From an uncultured delta proteobacterium (lineage in GTDB: Bacteria; Desulfobacterota; Desulfobacteria; Desulfobacterales; UBA5852), in contig CAWKLN010000044.1 of NCBI GenBank assembly GCA_963850465.1, positions 37,401-101,400 of the forward strand: a stretch of DNA of 64,000 nt, written 5' to 3'. How positions within the stretch are numbered: the stretch's first letter is position 1; the number at the start of each line of letters is the position of its first letter. The notes beneath the pieces were generated by a model. It did not search any database. It had not been told where the DNA came from and worked only from the letters and a program-made list of their open reading frames with translations. Both the position numbers and the translations under genes were made by a program. Of the stretch, positions 39,962 through 50,208 are shown in pieces.

Positions 39962-40546
39962 TCAATTTAATTCTCGGAAATCGATCGCATCCAGCCGCTC
40001 GCTCTCAACGGTACCGGACCTGAAATCCGCTAACGCCTGACGGACCTGCTCCAGCCGGGGTGCGGTGTAAGCACCCACCTTTTCATCGATCACCCCGATC
40101 GGTTTAAGTCCGGAAAGCCAGTTGGCAATATCCGCATCGGTTTCCGGATCGCCCTGGCGGATGGGGTCATAGGCGACACGCGCTTTCCAAATGCCCGGAA
40201 ATACTTTGGCAAGGATAAAATATTGCCGTCCCGCTTCAAGTTCAGCGTGGACGTATGACCAATTTTCAGCCCGCGCCAGAAAAACATGCTCCCCCGGCGG
40301 CACCAGGATCTGGATATAACTGCCCTGTTCGAGGATGCCGACGAATTGATCGCTGTCCCATATGCCGAATTGTATCGCGCCGCCAAAATAGGATGGCCGC
40401 AAAAAGGTCACCAACGCCCGAGACGACTCCGGTGCCGACTGAGGCGCCGCAGGCTGCATCATCGAACTGGCGCATCCGGTCAGCGCGAGAAAACCCACCA
40501 GCGCGATCACGCCTGAGATTAAACGGTAACTGTGTCGATGTCCCAT
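39962..40546 (-). CDS. Putative lipoprotein (DUF2846-like)
   Basis: The preferred start MGHRHSYRLISGVIALVGFLALTGC has a lipobox LTGC. The ORF track extends to 40777. Confidence 0.55.
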   Translation of the reverse strand: MGHRHSYRLISGVIALVGFLALTGCASSMMQPAAPQSAPESSRALVTFLRPSYFGGAIQFGIWDSDQFVGILEQGSYIQILVPPGEHVFLARAENWSYVHAELEAGRQYFILAKVFPGIWKARVAYDPIRQGDPETDADIANWLSGLKPIGVIDEKVGAYTAPRLEQVRQALADFRSGTVESERLDAIDFRELN

Positions 40547-40970
40547 GACAGTACTCCTTTCGGATCGGATAGATCGGTGTTTATGTTTTCGGCCGAGAAG
40601 ACGGTACAGCAAGACAGCCTCCGGTGCAAACCGGGAACCGAAACAAGATAACGTTCTTTGACGTTCGGGGCACGGCCACCCAACGCGCAAAAAGATACAT
40701 ATCCCGCGCAAGGGAACTCGGAGCATACCGCTCTCGATAAGCGGTTTCAGGATATCACGTTGTGATGTCCGGCCCAAGAACCACGCCGTACGCTCACTGG
40801 CGCCATAACGGCACGCCTCTCCGCATTGTGTCGTTTTGGCGCGAGGGGCATGGTTCTGTTCATCGGATCTCGGGACAACCAGAAGTCCTGTCTACCGGGG
40901 GTTGACGCCCATTACAGAATCGCCTACGGTAAATTTAATAGCTTTTTGGAATCAACCTGCCGAGGAGACC

Positions 40971-41372
40971 ATGGCCATGGCCCGTATCGTACAGCTTCTG
41001 GACGGTATCACGACCGCCCAGTTTGAAATCGACAAACCTGAATTTCACATTGGCCGCGCGCCGGAAAGCGATATCTACATCGATGACGCCTCTGTCAGCA
41101 GCGATCACTGCATCATCGAAACCATTATGTCGGAAAAAGAGGAAGCGCCGGCCGAATACTACATCCGCGATCTGGGCAGCACCAACGGTACCTATGTCAA
41201 TATCGACCGGGTAGAGCGCCACCGGCTGACTCACGAAGACGTTATCCGGGTGGGATTGAAAAGCTTCAAGTTCATCGACGAGCGCAGTGCCAAATACGTC
41301 AAAACCGCCAAAATCAAGAAAAGCTGGATCCCCGGGTATATTACACCAAATAATCCTCCGCAGGGATTCTGA
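40971..41372 (+). CDS. FHA domain protein
   Basis: HIGRAPESDIYIDDASVSSDHCII..DLGSTNGTYVN is an FHA core. Start is MAMARIV with a GAGGAG RBS. The ORF track begins at 40836. Confidence 0.8.
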   Translation: MAMARIVQLLDGITTAQFEIDKPEFHIGRAPESDIYIDDASVSSDHCIIETIMSEKEEAPAEYYIRDLGSTNGTYVNIDRVERHRLTHEDVIRVGLKSFKFIDERSAKYVKTAKIKKSWIPGYITPNNPPQGF

Positions 41373-41448
41373 CGCGAAGACGTATCGAACAATAAGAACC
41401 CCTGAAACCCGCCGAGAGCCGCTTATAATTTGCTGCCACAAAGAAAAG

Positions 41449-41523
41449 GAAGCGGGTGCCGCCGCAATGGGCCACCCGCTTTAAAAGAAAGCGGGTGCCC
41501 CGCAAAGGGCCACCCGCTTTCTT
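41449..41523. terminator. Two tandem, near-identical GC-rich hairpins between convergent genes (bidirectional terminator or REP-like pair)
   Basis: GGAAGCGGGTGCCGCCGCAATGGGCCACCCGCTT (41449-41482) and GAAAGCGGGTGCCCCGCAAAGGGCCACCCGCTTTC (41487-41523). Each arm pair is AGCGGGTG/CACCCGCT with an inner CC(C)/GG(G) extension. Confidence 0.6.
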
Positions 41524-41635
41524 TAAAGATAAACTCATCGGCCGAAGGCAAACCATATGTCTGCACTTGCCGAGGGGACTTCATTTCAGTAGCTCGCGCA
41601 ATAGCCTCTAAATAATATCGGGCGCTGACCGGTAA

Positions 41636-42460
41636 TCACACATTTGTTGCTTGCTGATGGATATGCACATCGCTCTGCGGGTAAGGGATACTGATACCCT
41701 CGGCATCAAACCGTTTTTTGACCGCCTCGGTGGTGTCGAAAAATACGCCCCAGTAATCCCCGGTTTTCACCCACGGCCGAACCACAAAATTGACACTGCT
41801 GTCGGCCAGTTCGGAAACCGCCACCTGGACCGCCGGATCTTTCAGGACACGGTCGTCCGCTGCAAGAATTTCCAAAATCACCTGTCTGGCTTTATCAATA
41901 TCGTCATCGTAACCGATGCCGAACACCATATCCACGCGCCGGGTGCCGGTCGCCGACCAGTTGACGATATTGCCCCCGGTCATGCTAGAATTGGGAATGA
42001 TGATCTTTTTGTTATCGGCTGTTCTCAACTGGGTGGTAAAAATCTGGAGGCTTTCCACCGTGCCGATCACGCCGGCGCCCTCGATTAAATCCCCCACCTT
42101 GAAGGGCCGGAACATGATCATGAGAAAACCGGAGGCAAAATTCGCCAGCGAACCCTGCAGCGCGAGACCAATGGCCAGACCTGCGGCGCCGATAACGGCG
42201 ATAAACGAGGTGGTTTGAATGCCAAGCTGGCCGAGCGCCGCCAGAACCACAAAGGTCAGTAGCGCATAATAGATCAGATTCCCGACAAACGACCGCAGTG
42301 TTTCTTCGACATTGCGTTTTTCCATAACCCGTTCGATCAGTTTGCCAAATAGTTTGGCCACCCATCGCCCGACAACAAAAATGATGATGGCAAACAAAAG
42401 CTTTAGACCGTAGGCCGCTAAAAGAGCGTAGCCTTTTTGGATCAGATCTTCCATGAACAT
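41636..42460 (-). CDS. Small-conductance mechanosensitive channel (MscS family)
   Basis: 274 aa. Three N-terminal TM helices, then GTVESLQIFTTQLRTADNKKIIIPNS, typical of the MscS beta domain. Confidence 0.85.
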   Translation of the reverse strand: MFMEDLIQKGYALLAAYGLKLLFAIIIFVVGRWVAKLFGKLIERVMEKRNVEETLRSFVGNLIYYALLTFVVLAALGQLGIQTTSFIAVIGAAGLAIGLALQGSLANFASGFLMIMFRPFKVGDLIEGAGVIGTVESLQIFTTQLRTADNKKIIIPNSSMTGGNIVNWSATGTRRVDMVFGIGYDDDIDKARQVILEILAADDRVLKDPAVQVAVSELADSSVNFVVRPWVKTGDYWGVFFDTTEAVKKRFDAEGISIPYPQSDVHIHQQATNV

Positions 42461-42581
42461 ACCTCCGTATAAAAAAATTGTGGTTTACGATGCGGTTGTA
42501 TTGCTGAAAACGTATGGCCCGGGAAAAGCCGACGGCGTGACAACGCACACTTGGAGCTGCAGAACGTTTAACTAGCCAGTT

Positions 42582-42609
42582 ATAATAAGAGGCAATGCTT
42601 GTTGGTCAA
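42582..42609 (-). promoter_or_regulatory. Candidate sigma70 promoter for the MscS gene
   Basis: The minus strand reads TTGACC (42609-42604), a 16-nt spacer, then TATTAT (42587-42582). This is ~120 nt upstream of the ATG. Confidence 0.35.
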
Positions 42610-42682
42610 GCCTATTGGGGGTCATGGGGGGGAAATCTCCAACATGTTAAGGATGGCCGCGGCACAGTGATGGAAAAATGCA

Positions 42683-42928
42683 TTACCGGATATCGTCGTT
42701 GTGACATTTCAGGCAACCGACAAAGTCCGGATGACTGGTGGGCGGCCCCACCGGATGGTCCGGATGGTGGCATTCGAGGCACTCGGCATCCTCGGTCACC
42801 CCCGCATGCATATCAGGGAACTGTCGGATGGAAGGTCCGTGCATGCCCAGATAATAGCACCCACCGAGCCCCAGCAGCAACATCACCCATCCAAGTTTCA
42901 AAACGCTTGGCATGGCATCTCCTCTCAC
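42683..42928 (-). CDS. Small diheme c-type cytochrome lipoprotein
   Basis: 81 aa. Lipobox LGLGGC. Two CXXCH motifs (CLECH, CLKCH). Confidence 0.65.
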   Translation of the reverse strand: MRGDAMPSVLKLGWVMLLLGLGGCYYLGMHGPSIRQFPDMHAGVTEDAECLECHHPDHPVGPPTSHPDFVGCLKCHNDDIR

Positions 42929-43157
42929 GGCCGGATCTGTTCACCTCAATCGATAGGAAACCATACCGGTCGTTCTCTTCGGGTGTCAATAGCATCTGTT
43001 GGTATCAGGACACGGGCCGCGGGCGCCTGATAGGTTTTAACCGCGAATTCCGCTAATTGGCCGGGTACGCTTAAGCATTCGCAACAAGTCCCTTTGTGAG
43101 TGCAAACGATATAGGCGTAGTGTGCACCGCGCGCGATTTTTCTTCTTGGCGATAGGG

Positions 43158-44060
43158 TTAACAAGCACAAGCAGCCATCTCGTCAACAACGAAATCCCAG
43201 AGGGCGTCCGGGATCACATGCCCCATGCCGGGAATGATCTTCAATCGTGCCCCGGGGATGGCGTCCGCTGTAGCGTGCGCGCAGGCCACCGGTAAAAGGG
43301 GATCGGCATCGCCGTGAAGAACCAGGGTCGGCACCGTGATGCGGCGCAGCGCCGCCGTGCGATCGCCGGCATATAGAATGGCCGCCAGTTGCCGGGTGAT
43401 GCCGTCGGGGTTCAACCCATTCTCAAAATGCTTTTGCGCCCATCGGTACACACGCGCCTCGTTTATCGGGTATACCGGGCCGCTGATGATCCGGTAGGTC
43501 CGAACAAAGCTTTCAATATAGCCTTCCCGGTCCGCGGGAAAAGGGGTGAGGAGTACCTCCAGGGCCTCGGGCGTCGGCGGTGGTAAATCCGGGCGCCCCG
43601 TGCTGGACATGATGGATGTCAGAGATCGCACATGCGGCGTGAATTCCGACGCCATCACCTGGGCAATCATGCCGCCCATGGAAACGCCGGCCACATGCGC
43701 ACTTTGTATCCCGAGCCCTTGAAGCAACCCAATGCCATCCGCCGCCATGTCCTCCAGGGTATAGGGCGGCCGTTCAGGATGACCGCTCGCCAGGCTCTGC
43801 TCCAGGGCTGCCAGATCGGGAACACCCGCATTTGCGGGGCGGCCCGAAAGGCCGACATCCCGATTGTCAAACCGAATGACGTAGTAGCCCCGGTGCATCA
43901 GTTGCAGGCAAAACGCATCGTCCCAGGCCACCATCTGGGTACCCAGTCCCATGATCAGCAGAAGAGCAGGATCTGTCCGCCGGCCAAAGGCATGATAAGC
44001 CAAATCGATACCGTTAGCCGGAATCACGCCAGATTCATATGAGAAATGATTCGTCTGCAT
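43158..44060 (-). CDS. Alpha/beta hydrolase
   Basis: GVSMGG nucleophile elbow. The preferred start is MQTNHFSYESG at 44060, preceded by AGGAGG. The ORF track extends to 44123. Confidence 0.75.
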   Translation of the reverse strand: MQTNHFSYESGVIPANGIDLAYHAFGRRTDPALLLIMGLGTQMVAWDDAFCLQLMHRGYYVIRFDNRDVGLSGRPANAGVPDLAALEQSLASGHPERPPYTLEDMAADGIGLLQGLGIQSAHVAGVSMGGMIAQVMASEFTPHVRSLTSIMSSTGRPDLPPPTPEALEVLLTPFPADREGYIESFVRTYRIISGPVYPINEARVYRWAQKHFENGLNPDGITRQLAAILYAGDRTAALRRITVPTLVLHGDADPLLPVACAHATADAIPGARLKIIPGMGHVIPDALWDFVVDEMAACAC

Positions 44061-44138
44061 TTGACCTCCTGGGAACTCGGGCGGGAGGGGCCGCCACCCG
44101 CTGCCATTGCTCGGGGACGGCACGACACCTTAATTCCT

Positions 44139-44167
44139 TTGACATTAGGGGCATTTTCACATATGGA
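44139..44167 (+). promoter_or_regulatory. Candidate sigma70 promoter driving the riboswitch leader
   Basis: TTGACA (44139-44144), a 17-nt spacer, then TATGGA (44162-44167). Confidence 0.45.
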
Positions 44168-44199
44168 GAATGGTATCAGTAATAGTATCATTGCTCTCC

Positions 44200-44285
44200 C
44201 TTTCCGGAGAACGCCAAACCTGCCGCGAGGCAGGGACGGAAAGCCACGGGTCTTATGCGAGACAGCCGGGCCGCCGATGATTGCA
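44200..44285 (+). promoter_or_regulatory. GEMM-I (c-di-GMP-I class) riboswitch aptamer
   Basis: The + strand reads ACGCCAAACC-TGCC-GCGA-GGCA-GGGACGGAAAGCC-ACGGGTCT..AGACAGCCGGGCCGCCGATG. That is CAAACC, a 6-bp hairpin with a GNRA tetraloop, GGGACG(C/G)AAAGCC, and a CGG/CCG second stem. It matches the GEMM-I core as I recall it from Vc2. Confidence 0.75.
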
Positions 44286-44288
44286 AAC

Positions 44289-44332
44289 GGCCGAATCGCA
44301 TCAGACCTCTATACGATTCGGCCTTTTTTATT
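44289..44332 (+). terminator. Intrinsic terminator (riboswitch expression platform)
   Basis: GGCCGAATCG (44289-44298), a 15-nt loop, CGATTCGGCC (44314-44323), then TTTTTTATT. No + strand gene lies upstream, so it can only terminate the leader transcript. Confidence 0.7.
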
Positions 44333-44382
44333 GGTCGGCAAACAACTGAATGCACTGTGATCCCGCTGGCTGGAATAACACC

Positions 44383-46923
44383 ATGCAACTGAAAAGAATT
44401 CTTTTTTCGACCAGCTTTATTCTCTGCTTTATGGCAACGCTGCTGATCGTCAGCCTCCTGGGGGAATGGGCACCGCTTCAATTGCCGGAACTCAAACTAT
44501 ACGACCAGCTATTGCGTCTGAAGCCGGCATCCTCCCCGAACCGGGTGGTGGTCGTTGCCATTGACGATGCCAGTATCCAAGAATTGGGCATGTGGCCCTG
44601 GCCGCGCACGACGATGGCCGCGGGCCTCCGCCTTTTAACGGAATACGGTGCCGAGGCGGTGGCGCTGACCACGATTTACCCAGCTCCTTCAGCCAATCCG
44701 GCGTTGGAAGAACTAGGCCGCCTGCGGACAGCACTTCAGTCCGAAACCCGCGCCTCTCAACGGAAAGCCAACCGCCCTGTCGTACGTGAACTGCAAGAAA
44801 TCGAAAAACGGCTCGATGAAGACCAGGTCTTGATCAATGCCGTGCGCGCCGGGCACAATATTGTGCTCCCATTTCGTTTGGCGTTTACCGCTTCCGACAA
44901 CCCTGCCCCCCTAAGCGGTCTGCTCCGAATTAACGCGCTTACCAAGCCTATCCGACCACAACAAACATCGGAAACCCTGCCGGCACATATACAAACCATC
45001 CTTGACCGGATAAAGTCAAGGCCTCCCGCACCGGAACGTGTCACCGAAACCTTTCGCGGATTGGCCGGGAAAGCGGCCGCCATGGGCGCGATTAACCTGT
45101 CGGCCGATGCGGATGGCATCGTTAGGCAGATGCGGCTTCTGTGGCCCTACGAGGAGCTCTATCTCCCCTCGCTTTCCCTGCAGCTGGCCTTAAAGTCCCT
45201 GGGGCGTCCCTTCCGTAAAACCATCCCGGTCCCGGATGAATGCACCCCTTACGGTCTTTGTGTAAACGGTACTGCGATTCCCACCGATGAATATTTCCGT
45301 ATGCGAATCAGTTACCATCCACCGCCGATTCGCCTGAACCAGATCCCTTTTGCCGATCTTGTGTCGGGAAAAGTCGATCCGGCCATTTTCAAGAATCAGG
45401 TCGCGGTCATCGGCGTCACAGCGACAGACCTGACATCCACCTACCAAACCCCGTTTGCATCGCAGGCCACCCCCCCTGAAATCATCGCCGCCGCCGTAGA
45501 CACCATCCTACGTGCCGACCATTTGATCCGGCCCCGTTGGGCCCCGCTGGCCGAAGGGGCGGTCCTGCTTTATTTTTTATTGTTTCTCCTGATCGTCATC
45601 CCGAGGGTCAAACTCAATATCGGAGCCTTGATATTGATGGTCTTTTTGGCCACCTGCTGGGGCGCCGCCATTCTCGCCTTCATGCAGGCCGGGTTCTGGT
45701 TTCGCTTGTTCCCTCCCCTGATTCTCTGCCTCCTGGGGTTCGGAATGATTGCCTTCCGCCAGATCGCCCAACGTCTGAGGGCCGAAAATACGGAATTGAA
45801 TCGGTCTTTAGGACTCTCTTTTCAGACCCAGGGCATGCTCGATATGGCACTGGAAAAATTCATGCAGTGCCCCGCTGAAGACAAAACCGTACGGCGTCTG
45901 CTTTACCACCTCGGCCTGGATTTTGAGCGCAAACGCATGTCGGACAAGGCCCTGACGGTATACGAACGCATCTTAAAGGCCGGTGGGTACCGGGACGCCA
46001 AGCATCGCGTCCGCAAACTGAAAGCCGCAAACCACGCCGTAACCATGGCACCCGGTCTGGATGCACCTATCGCCACTTTGAAACTTACCGATACGGAAAC
46101 CAGGCCCACCTTCGGCCGCTATGAAATCCTGAAAGAACTTGGCCAGGGGGCGATGGGCACAGTCTATCTCGGCCTGGATCCCAAAATCAACCGTCAGGTG
46201 GCCATCAAAACGATGGGCTACAACAATATACCGTCCGAAGACCTGGAAGAGGTCAAAACACGGTTTATTCGAGAGGCCGAAGCCGCCGGCAAGTTGTCCC
46301 ATCCCAACATTGTCACCGTCTACGACATCGGCGAGGAACACGATACCGCTTATATGGCCATGGAACTCCTGGACGGCTTCGAACTCACCACCTATTGCCA
46401 GCGCGACCGCTTAAGGCCTGTCCCGGAAGTGCTCGACATCATGGCGGCCGTAGCGGATGCGCTGGGATATGCCCACAAGGCGGGGGTGATCCATCGTGAT
46501 ATCAAGCCGGCCAACATCATGCAGCTGAAGGACGGACGGGTCAAAGTGACCGATTTCGGCATCGCCAAAGTGATGGACAGCGCCAAAACCCGCACCGGCG
46601 TCGTGATGGGAACGCCCTCGTACATGTCGCCGGAACAGGTCGGTGGCAAAAAAGTCGATGGCCGCACAGACCTTTTTTCGCTAGGGATCGTATTTTATGA
46701 AATGCTGACCGGGTATAAACCTTTTGAGGGTGAGAACTTGACCACCTTGATGTACGCGATCGCCAAAGCCCCCTATCGGCCATTACCGGAAATCGTACCG
46801 GATATTCCATCCTGCTGTGTGGCCATCGTCAACAAGTTGTTGAACAAAAGCGTTTCCCGGCGCTATAAGACAGCAGAGCATGCACTGGAGGCCGTTCGCC
46901 AATGTCGCGGCGACCTCGGTTAA
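44383..46923 (+). CDS. CHASE2 sensor domain Ser/Thr protein kinase (Hanks type)
   Basis: N-terminal TM, a CHASE2-like periplasmic region ([21 protein letters not shown]) and a TM cluster. A TPR-like segment follows, then the kinase domain ([38 protein letters not shown]). The ORF track starts at 44350; MQLKRILF at 44383 is preferred. Confidence 0.85.
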   Translation: MQLKRILFSTSFILCFMATLLIVSLLGEWAPLQLPELKLYDQLLRLKPASSPNRVVVVAIDDASIQELGMWPWPRTTMAAGLRLLTEYGAEAVALTTIYPAPSANPALEELGRLRTALQSETRASQRKANRPVVRELQEIEKRLDEDQVLINAVRAGHNIVLPFRLAFTASDNPAPLSGLLRINALTKPIRPQQTSETLPAHIQTILDRIKSRPPAPERVTETFRGLAGKAAAMGAINLSADADGIVRQMRLLWPYEELYLPSLSLQLALKSLGRPFRKTIPVPDECTPYGLCVNGTAIPTDEYFRMRISYHPPPIRLNQIPFADLVSGKVDPAIFKNQVAVIGVTATDLTSTYQTPFASQATPPEIIAAAVDTILRADHLIRPRWAPLAEGAVLLYFLLFLLIVIPRVKLNIGALILMVFLATCWGAAILAFMQAGFWFRLFPPLILCLLGFGMIAFRQIAQRLRAENTELNRSLGLSFQTQGMLDMALEKFMQCPAEDKTVRRLLYHLGLDFERKRMSDKALTVYERILKAGGYRDAKHRVRKLKAANHAVTMAPGLDAPIATLKLTDTETRPTFGRYEILKELGQGAMGTVYLGLDPKINRQVAIKTMGYNNIPSEDLEEVKTRFIREAEAAGKLSHPNIVTVYDIGEEHDTAYMAMELLDGFELTTYCQRDRLRPVPEVLDIMAAVADALGYAHKAGVIHRDIKPANIMQLKDGRVKVTDFGIAKVMDSAKTRTGVVMGTPSYMSPEQVGGKKVDGRTDLFSLGIVFYEMLTGYKPFEGENLTTLMYAIAKAPYRPLPEIVPDIPSCCVAIVNKLLNKSVSRRYKTAEHALEAVRQCRGDLG

Positions 46924-46950
46924 CCCTTAGCCGACCCAAGGAGAACGATC

Positions 46951-47292
46951 ATGCTGGAAATAACACTGGAGCTTAAGAACACCCTTCTGGATACGTTCAA
47001 AATCGACAAGGACGAAATTACCATCGGCCGCAACACCGCCAATGATATTACGATCGACAACCTGGCGGTTTCCGACCGCCACGCCCGCATTGTCCGAGAT
47101 AAGACCGGCTATTATCTGGAAGATCTCAACAGCACCAACGGAACTTTTGTGGACGGACGCAAAATCAGCCGCATCGGTCTGGGAGGGCCGCAGGAAATCA
47201 AAATCGGCAAACATATCCTGGCGGTACAAACCCCGGAAAGTAAGAGCGCTGGTTCGGATTTCGCCCGCACCATGAAAATCGACCGTTCCTGA
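46951..47292 (+). CDS. FHA domain protein (likely kinase partner)
   Basis: 113 aa. TIGRNTANDITIDNLAVSDRHARI..DLNSTNGTFVDG. Starts 27 nt after the kinase stop. Confidence 0.85.
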   Translation: MLEITLELKNTLLDTFKIDKDEITIGRNTANDITIDNLAVSDRHARIVRDKTGYYLEDLNSTNGTFVDGRKISRIGLGGPQEIKIGKHILAVQTPESKSAGSDFARTMKIDRS

Positions 47293-47388
47293 TCGGGTGG
47301 ATGCGGCCGTTGGCGTCGCAGCAGATCCCTGCGCGGCGCTTCAGGGGCGGCCGATGGACACCTCCGGTGCACAAGTCATCAGCCAGCG

Positions 47389-47910
47389 TCAGGCGTCATC
47401 ATCGGCGAGTGTAAACCGCCAACGGCAAAACATATCATCTGGATGGCGGTCCGGCGGAGCGTAAAGGCAGGTCACCTCGATCCGTTCGTCAACCTCCCGC
47501 GCCAGCCCTGCAAACTCCCTTCGGTGCATTTCCTTGCAGTTGTATTCACCCAGGCCGCGCTTCAGTCGCGCCACCTGGGTTGGACAGGAGGGCACGCTGA
47601 GCAGCACCTCATCATCACGGCAATCGATCTCGTAGCCCACCAGCAGCGTCCAGGGGAACAACCGTAAAACCTGAACAAACCCTTCCAACCCCCTGTCGGT
47701 TATTCCGAAACGCGTTTTTAGGTCCCGGGCCGCCATACCCGCTACCCGGCCCCAAACGTCTTCGTTGATGGCCTCGGCCATCGGCTGGTCAAACCGATCC
47801 GCGACGGAAATGAACCAGAATGCATCCACAACGCGATAATGCCATAAAAGAAATTTCAAATACTGTCTGAGCTGGGGGGCCTCCAGGGATTCCAGCAGGT
47901 CTATCGCCAT
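47389..47910 (-). CDS. Hypothetical protein (possibly DUF6125-like)
   Basis: 173 aa, coding-like, with no catalytic motif recognised. Confidence 0.45.
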   Translation of the reverse strand: MAIDLLESLEAPQLRQYLKFLLWHYRVVDAFWFISVADRFDQPMAEAINEDVWGRVAGMAARDLKTRFGITDRGLEGFVQVLRLFPWTLLVGYEIDCRDDEVLLSVPSCPTQVARLKRGLGEYNCKEMHRREFAGLAREVDERIEVTCLYAPPDRHPDDMFCRWRFTLADDDA

Positions 47911-47992
47911 CGCGGATTTTCCTTTTACACAGGGTTCCGGCCGGGTTGTCGACGATTGCGCATATACGGATCGTGACGGCTACAATCTATAA

Positions 47993-49018
47993 TTAAAAAT
48001 CGATTTTATCCTCCATGCCGCCATAGAGAAAGCTGCGCGGCACCTCGCTGTTCAGAAAGTCGTGCGGGAACCCGAGTTCCACCTGACTGATTTTATTCAA
48101 ACGCGTTATCTGCTCCGCATCCAAGGTGAACTCAAGGCAGGCCAGATTTTGCTTCACCTGTTCCGCCGTACGTGCACCGATGATCGGTATGACCTGCGGC
48201 TGCTGGCGGACCCAGTTAAGGGCGACCTGGGCAGGAAAACGCCCGATTTCGCCGGCCACCCGATCGACTTCCCGGGCGATGGAATAATTCTCGTCATCGA
48301 TTTCTTTGAAGGCCGCCTTATCCAGACGCCGTTCACTTTGACTGTCTGCGGAGGGCGCGTACTTGCCTGTCAGCAGGCCGCTTCCCAGCGGGGACCAGGC
48401 CGTGATGCCCAGGTTTAGGGCGCGGGCCATGGGGAGCAGCTCTCGCTCGGATGTCCGCTCCACTAGGCTGTACTCCACCTGCAGGGCTATAAAGCGGCTC
48501 CAGCCACGCAGTTCGGCCAGGGTATTGGCCCGAGACACGATCCAAGCCGGCGTGTCGGAAACACCGATATAGAGCACTTTGCCTGCGCGGACCATGTCAT
48601 CAAAAGCCCGCATGATCTCTTCAACCGGGGTGGTAAAATCCCAAGCGTGCAGCCAGTAAATGTCAACATAATCGACCTTCATGCGCTTGAGGCTGGCTTC
48701 CAGGGACTGAAGCATGTTCTTACGGTGATTCCCGGCGGCATTGGGGTCCGTTCCCGGGTTGCTGTTCGTGTATTTGGTTGCCAGGACAAACCGCTCCCGG
48801 TCTCCGGCCACCAGCTCGCCGACCAGTTTCTCGCTCGTGCCGTTGGTATACAAATCGGCGGTATCGATGAAATTCCCCCCGGCCGCGGTATAGGCTTCGA
48901 AAATGCGACGGCTTTCCTCGGGTGATGCGCCCCATCCCCAGTCATCGCCAAAAGTCATGGTGCCTAAGCAAATCTCGGAAACCCGCAGCCCGCTGTGGCC
49001 TAGTAACTTGTAGCGCAT
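47993..49018 (-). CDS. Aldo/keto reductase
   Basis: 341 aa. LGTMTFG, FIDTADLYTNGTSE and the overall AKR layout. Confidence 0.85.
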   Translation of the reverse strand: MRYKLLGHSGLRVSEICLGTMTFGDDWGWGASPEESRRIFEAYTAAGGNFIDTADLYTNGTSEKLVGELVAGDRERFVLATKYTNSNPGTDPNAAGNHRKNMLQSLEASLKRMKVDYVDIYWLHAWDFTTPVEEIMRAFDDMVRAGKVLYIGVSDTPAWIVSRANTLAELRGWSRFIALQVEYSLVERTSERELLPMARALNLGITAWSPLGSGLLTGKYAPSADSQSERRLDKAAFKEIDDENYSIAREVDRVAGEIGRFPAQVALNWVRQQPQVIPIIGARTAEQVKQNLACLEFTLDAEQITRLNKISQVELGFPHDFLNSEVPRSFLYGGMEDKIDF

Positions 49019-49324
49019 GCTTTTTCTCCTTGTGCGTTATTCGGCTTTTTGGGGATATGATTGAAGCTTGATTAAAACAGACCTCTGAGATAAATTGTCC
49101 GATCGACACGATTCCTTCACTACTTGCAAACTTCACCCGCTCAGCGTCGTACCTGCTTGATTGCGGTGTCCTATGATTGAGCCTTATAACTGTCGATGCT
49201 GTCCCTTTTTAGTCAAGTAGATACAAACCCAATAACATAAATATCGAAGACCTGTCACTCGCTTGGCAGCAAGTCCCCTGAACATTTCCAACAGAAACGA
49301 TTCAAAGCGAAGGGCGCCAATACC

Positions 49325-50111
49325 ATGAAAACGATTCCGCGCATGGGAAGTTTGATCGTATTAGCATTTCTTGCTGGCTGTGCCATGACCCACCAAGCCC
49401 CACTACTTGATACACAACAACTTCATGCCACGGCCATTATTGTGGATCACACATGCGTGGATCTTGATCGCATCCCTCCACGCTACATCGTGAAAGCACA
49501 GGAAGGTCTGGGAATTGCCTATGGACATACCTCGCATGGCAGCCAACTTGTGAGTGGTATGCAAGCCCTCATGGATAAAGATAATCGATACGCGTTTGAC
49601 ACCTTTGGAAGCCAGCAGGCCCTTTCCTTTGGACCGGGAACCCGCCGGGGACTTAGGAAACCCCAATCGTAGTGAATGGGCCCGTCGCACCGTTACATTC
49701 TGGATAAAGGTGAATGTTATTTTGTGGTCCTGGTGCGGACAAGTCTCATCCGCTTCCCGCGAAGACATCAACCATTATTTGGATCTGATGCAACAACTGG
49801 AAAAAGACTACCCCGGTGTGGCCTTTGTCTATGCAGGGCACCTGGACGGCAGTGGAGCCAGCGGCAACCTGCATCAGCGGAACGAGCAGATTCGGAAATT
49901 TTGTATGGAAAACAAAAAAATTCTATACGATTTCGCGGACATCGAACGCTATGATCCAGATGGAAACGATTTCCTATCCAAGGGTGCTGACGATGCCTGC
50001 CGGTATCATAACAATGGCGCGAGGAAAAACTGGGCGCTGGAATGGTGTGATAGAAACCCCAGCCAGTGCACGGAATACGCATGCGCTCATTCCCAGGCCT
50101 TGGACTTGTGA
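49325..50111 (+). pseudogene. Lipoprotein of unknown function, interrupted by one frameshift
   Basis: The signal and lipobox (LAFLAGC) ORF at 49325-49672 continues in another frame (49554-50111) as ..DREPAGDLGNPNRSEWARRT..WSWCGQVSS. The junction is around 49620-49630 (CCC/TTT runs). The region is AT-richer than its surroundings. Confidence 0.55.
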
Positions 50112-50208
50112 CCGCAAAGCGGCCGCCTTCTGGTGGTTGCTGGCCCGGATTACTGGCTGGGAACCCGGTCGCTAAATCTGCGGCGCTGCTGGTTGCCGTG
50201 AAAGATGC

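Noticed and set aside
44350-44382. The upstream ATG at 44350 (MHCDPAGWNNT..) as the kinase start.
   Set aside because: It lies only 20 nt after the terminator T-tract and adds a non-hydrophobic extension. [16 protein letters not shown].. at 44383 gives the usual N-terminal TM of CHASE2 proteins. This is not certain, so the alternative is recorded here.
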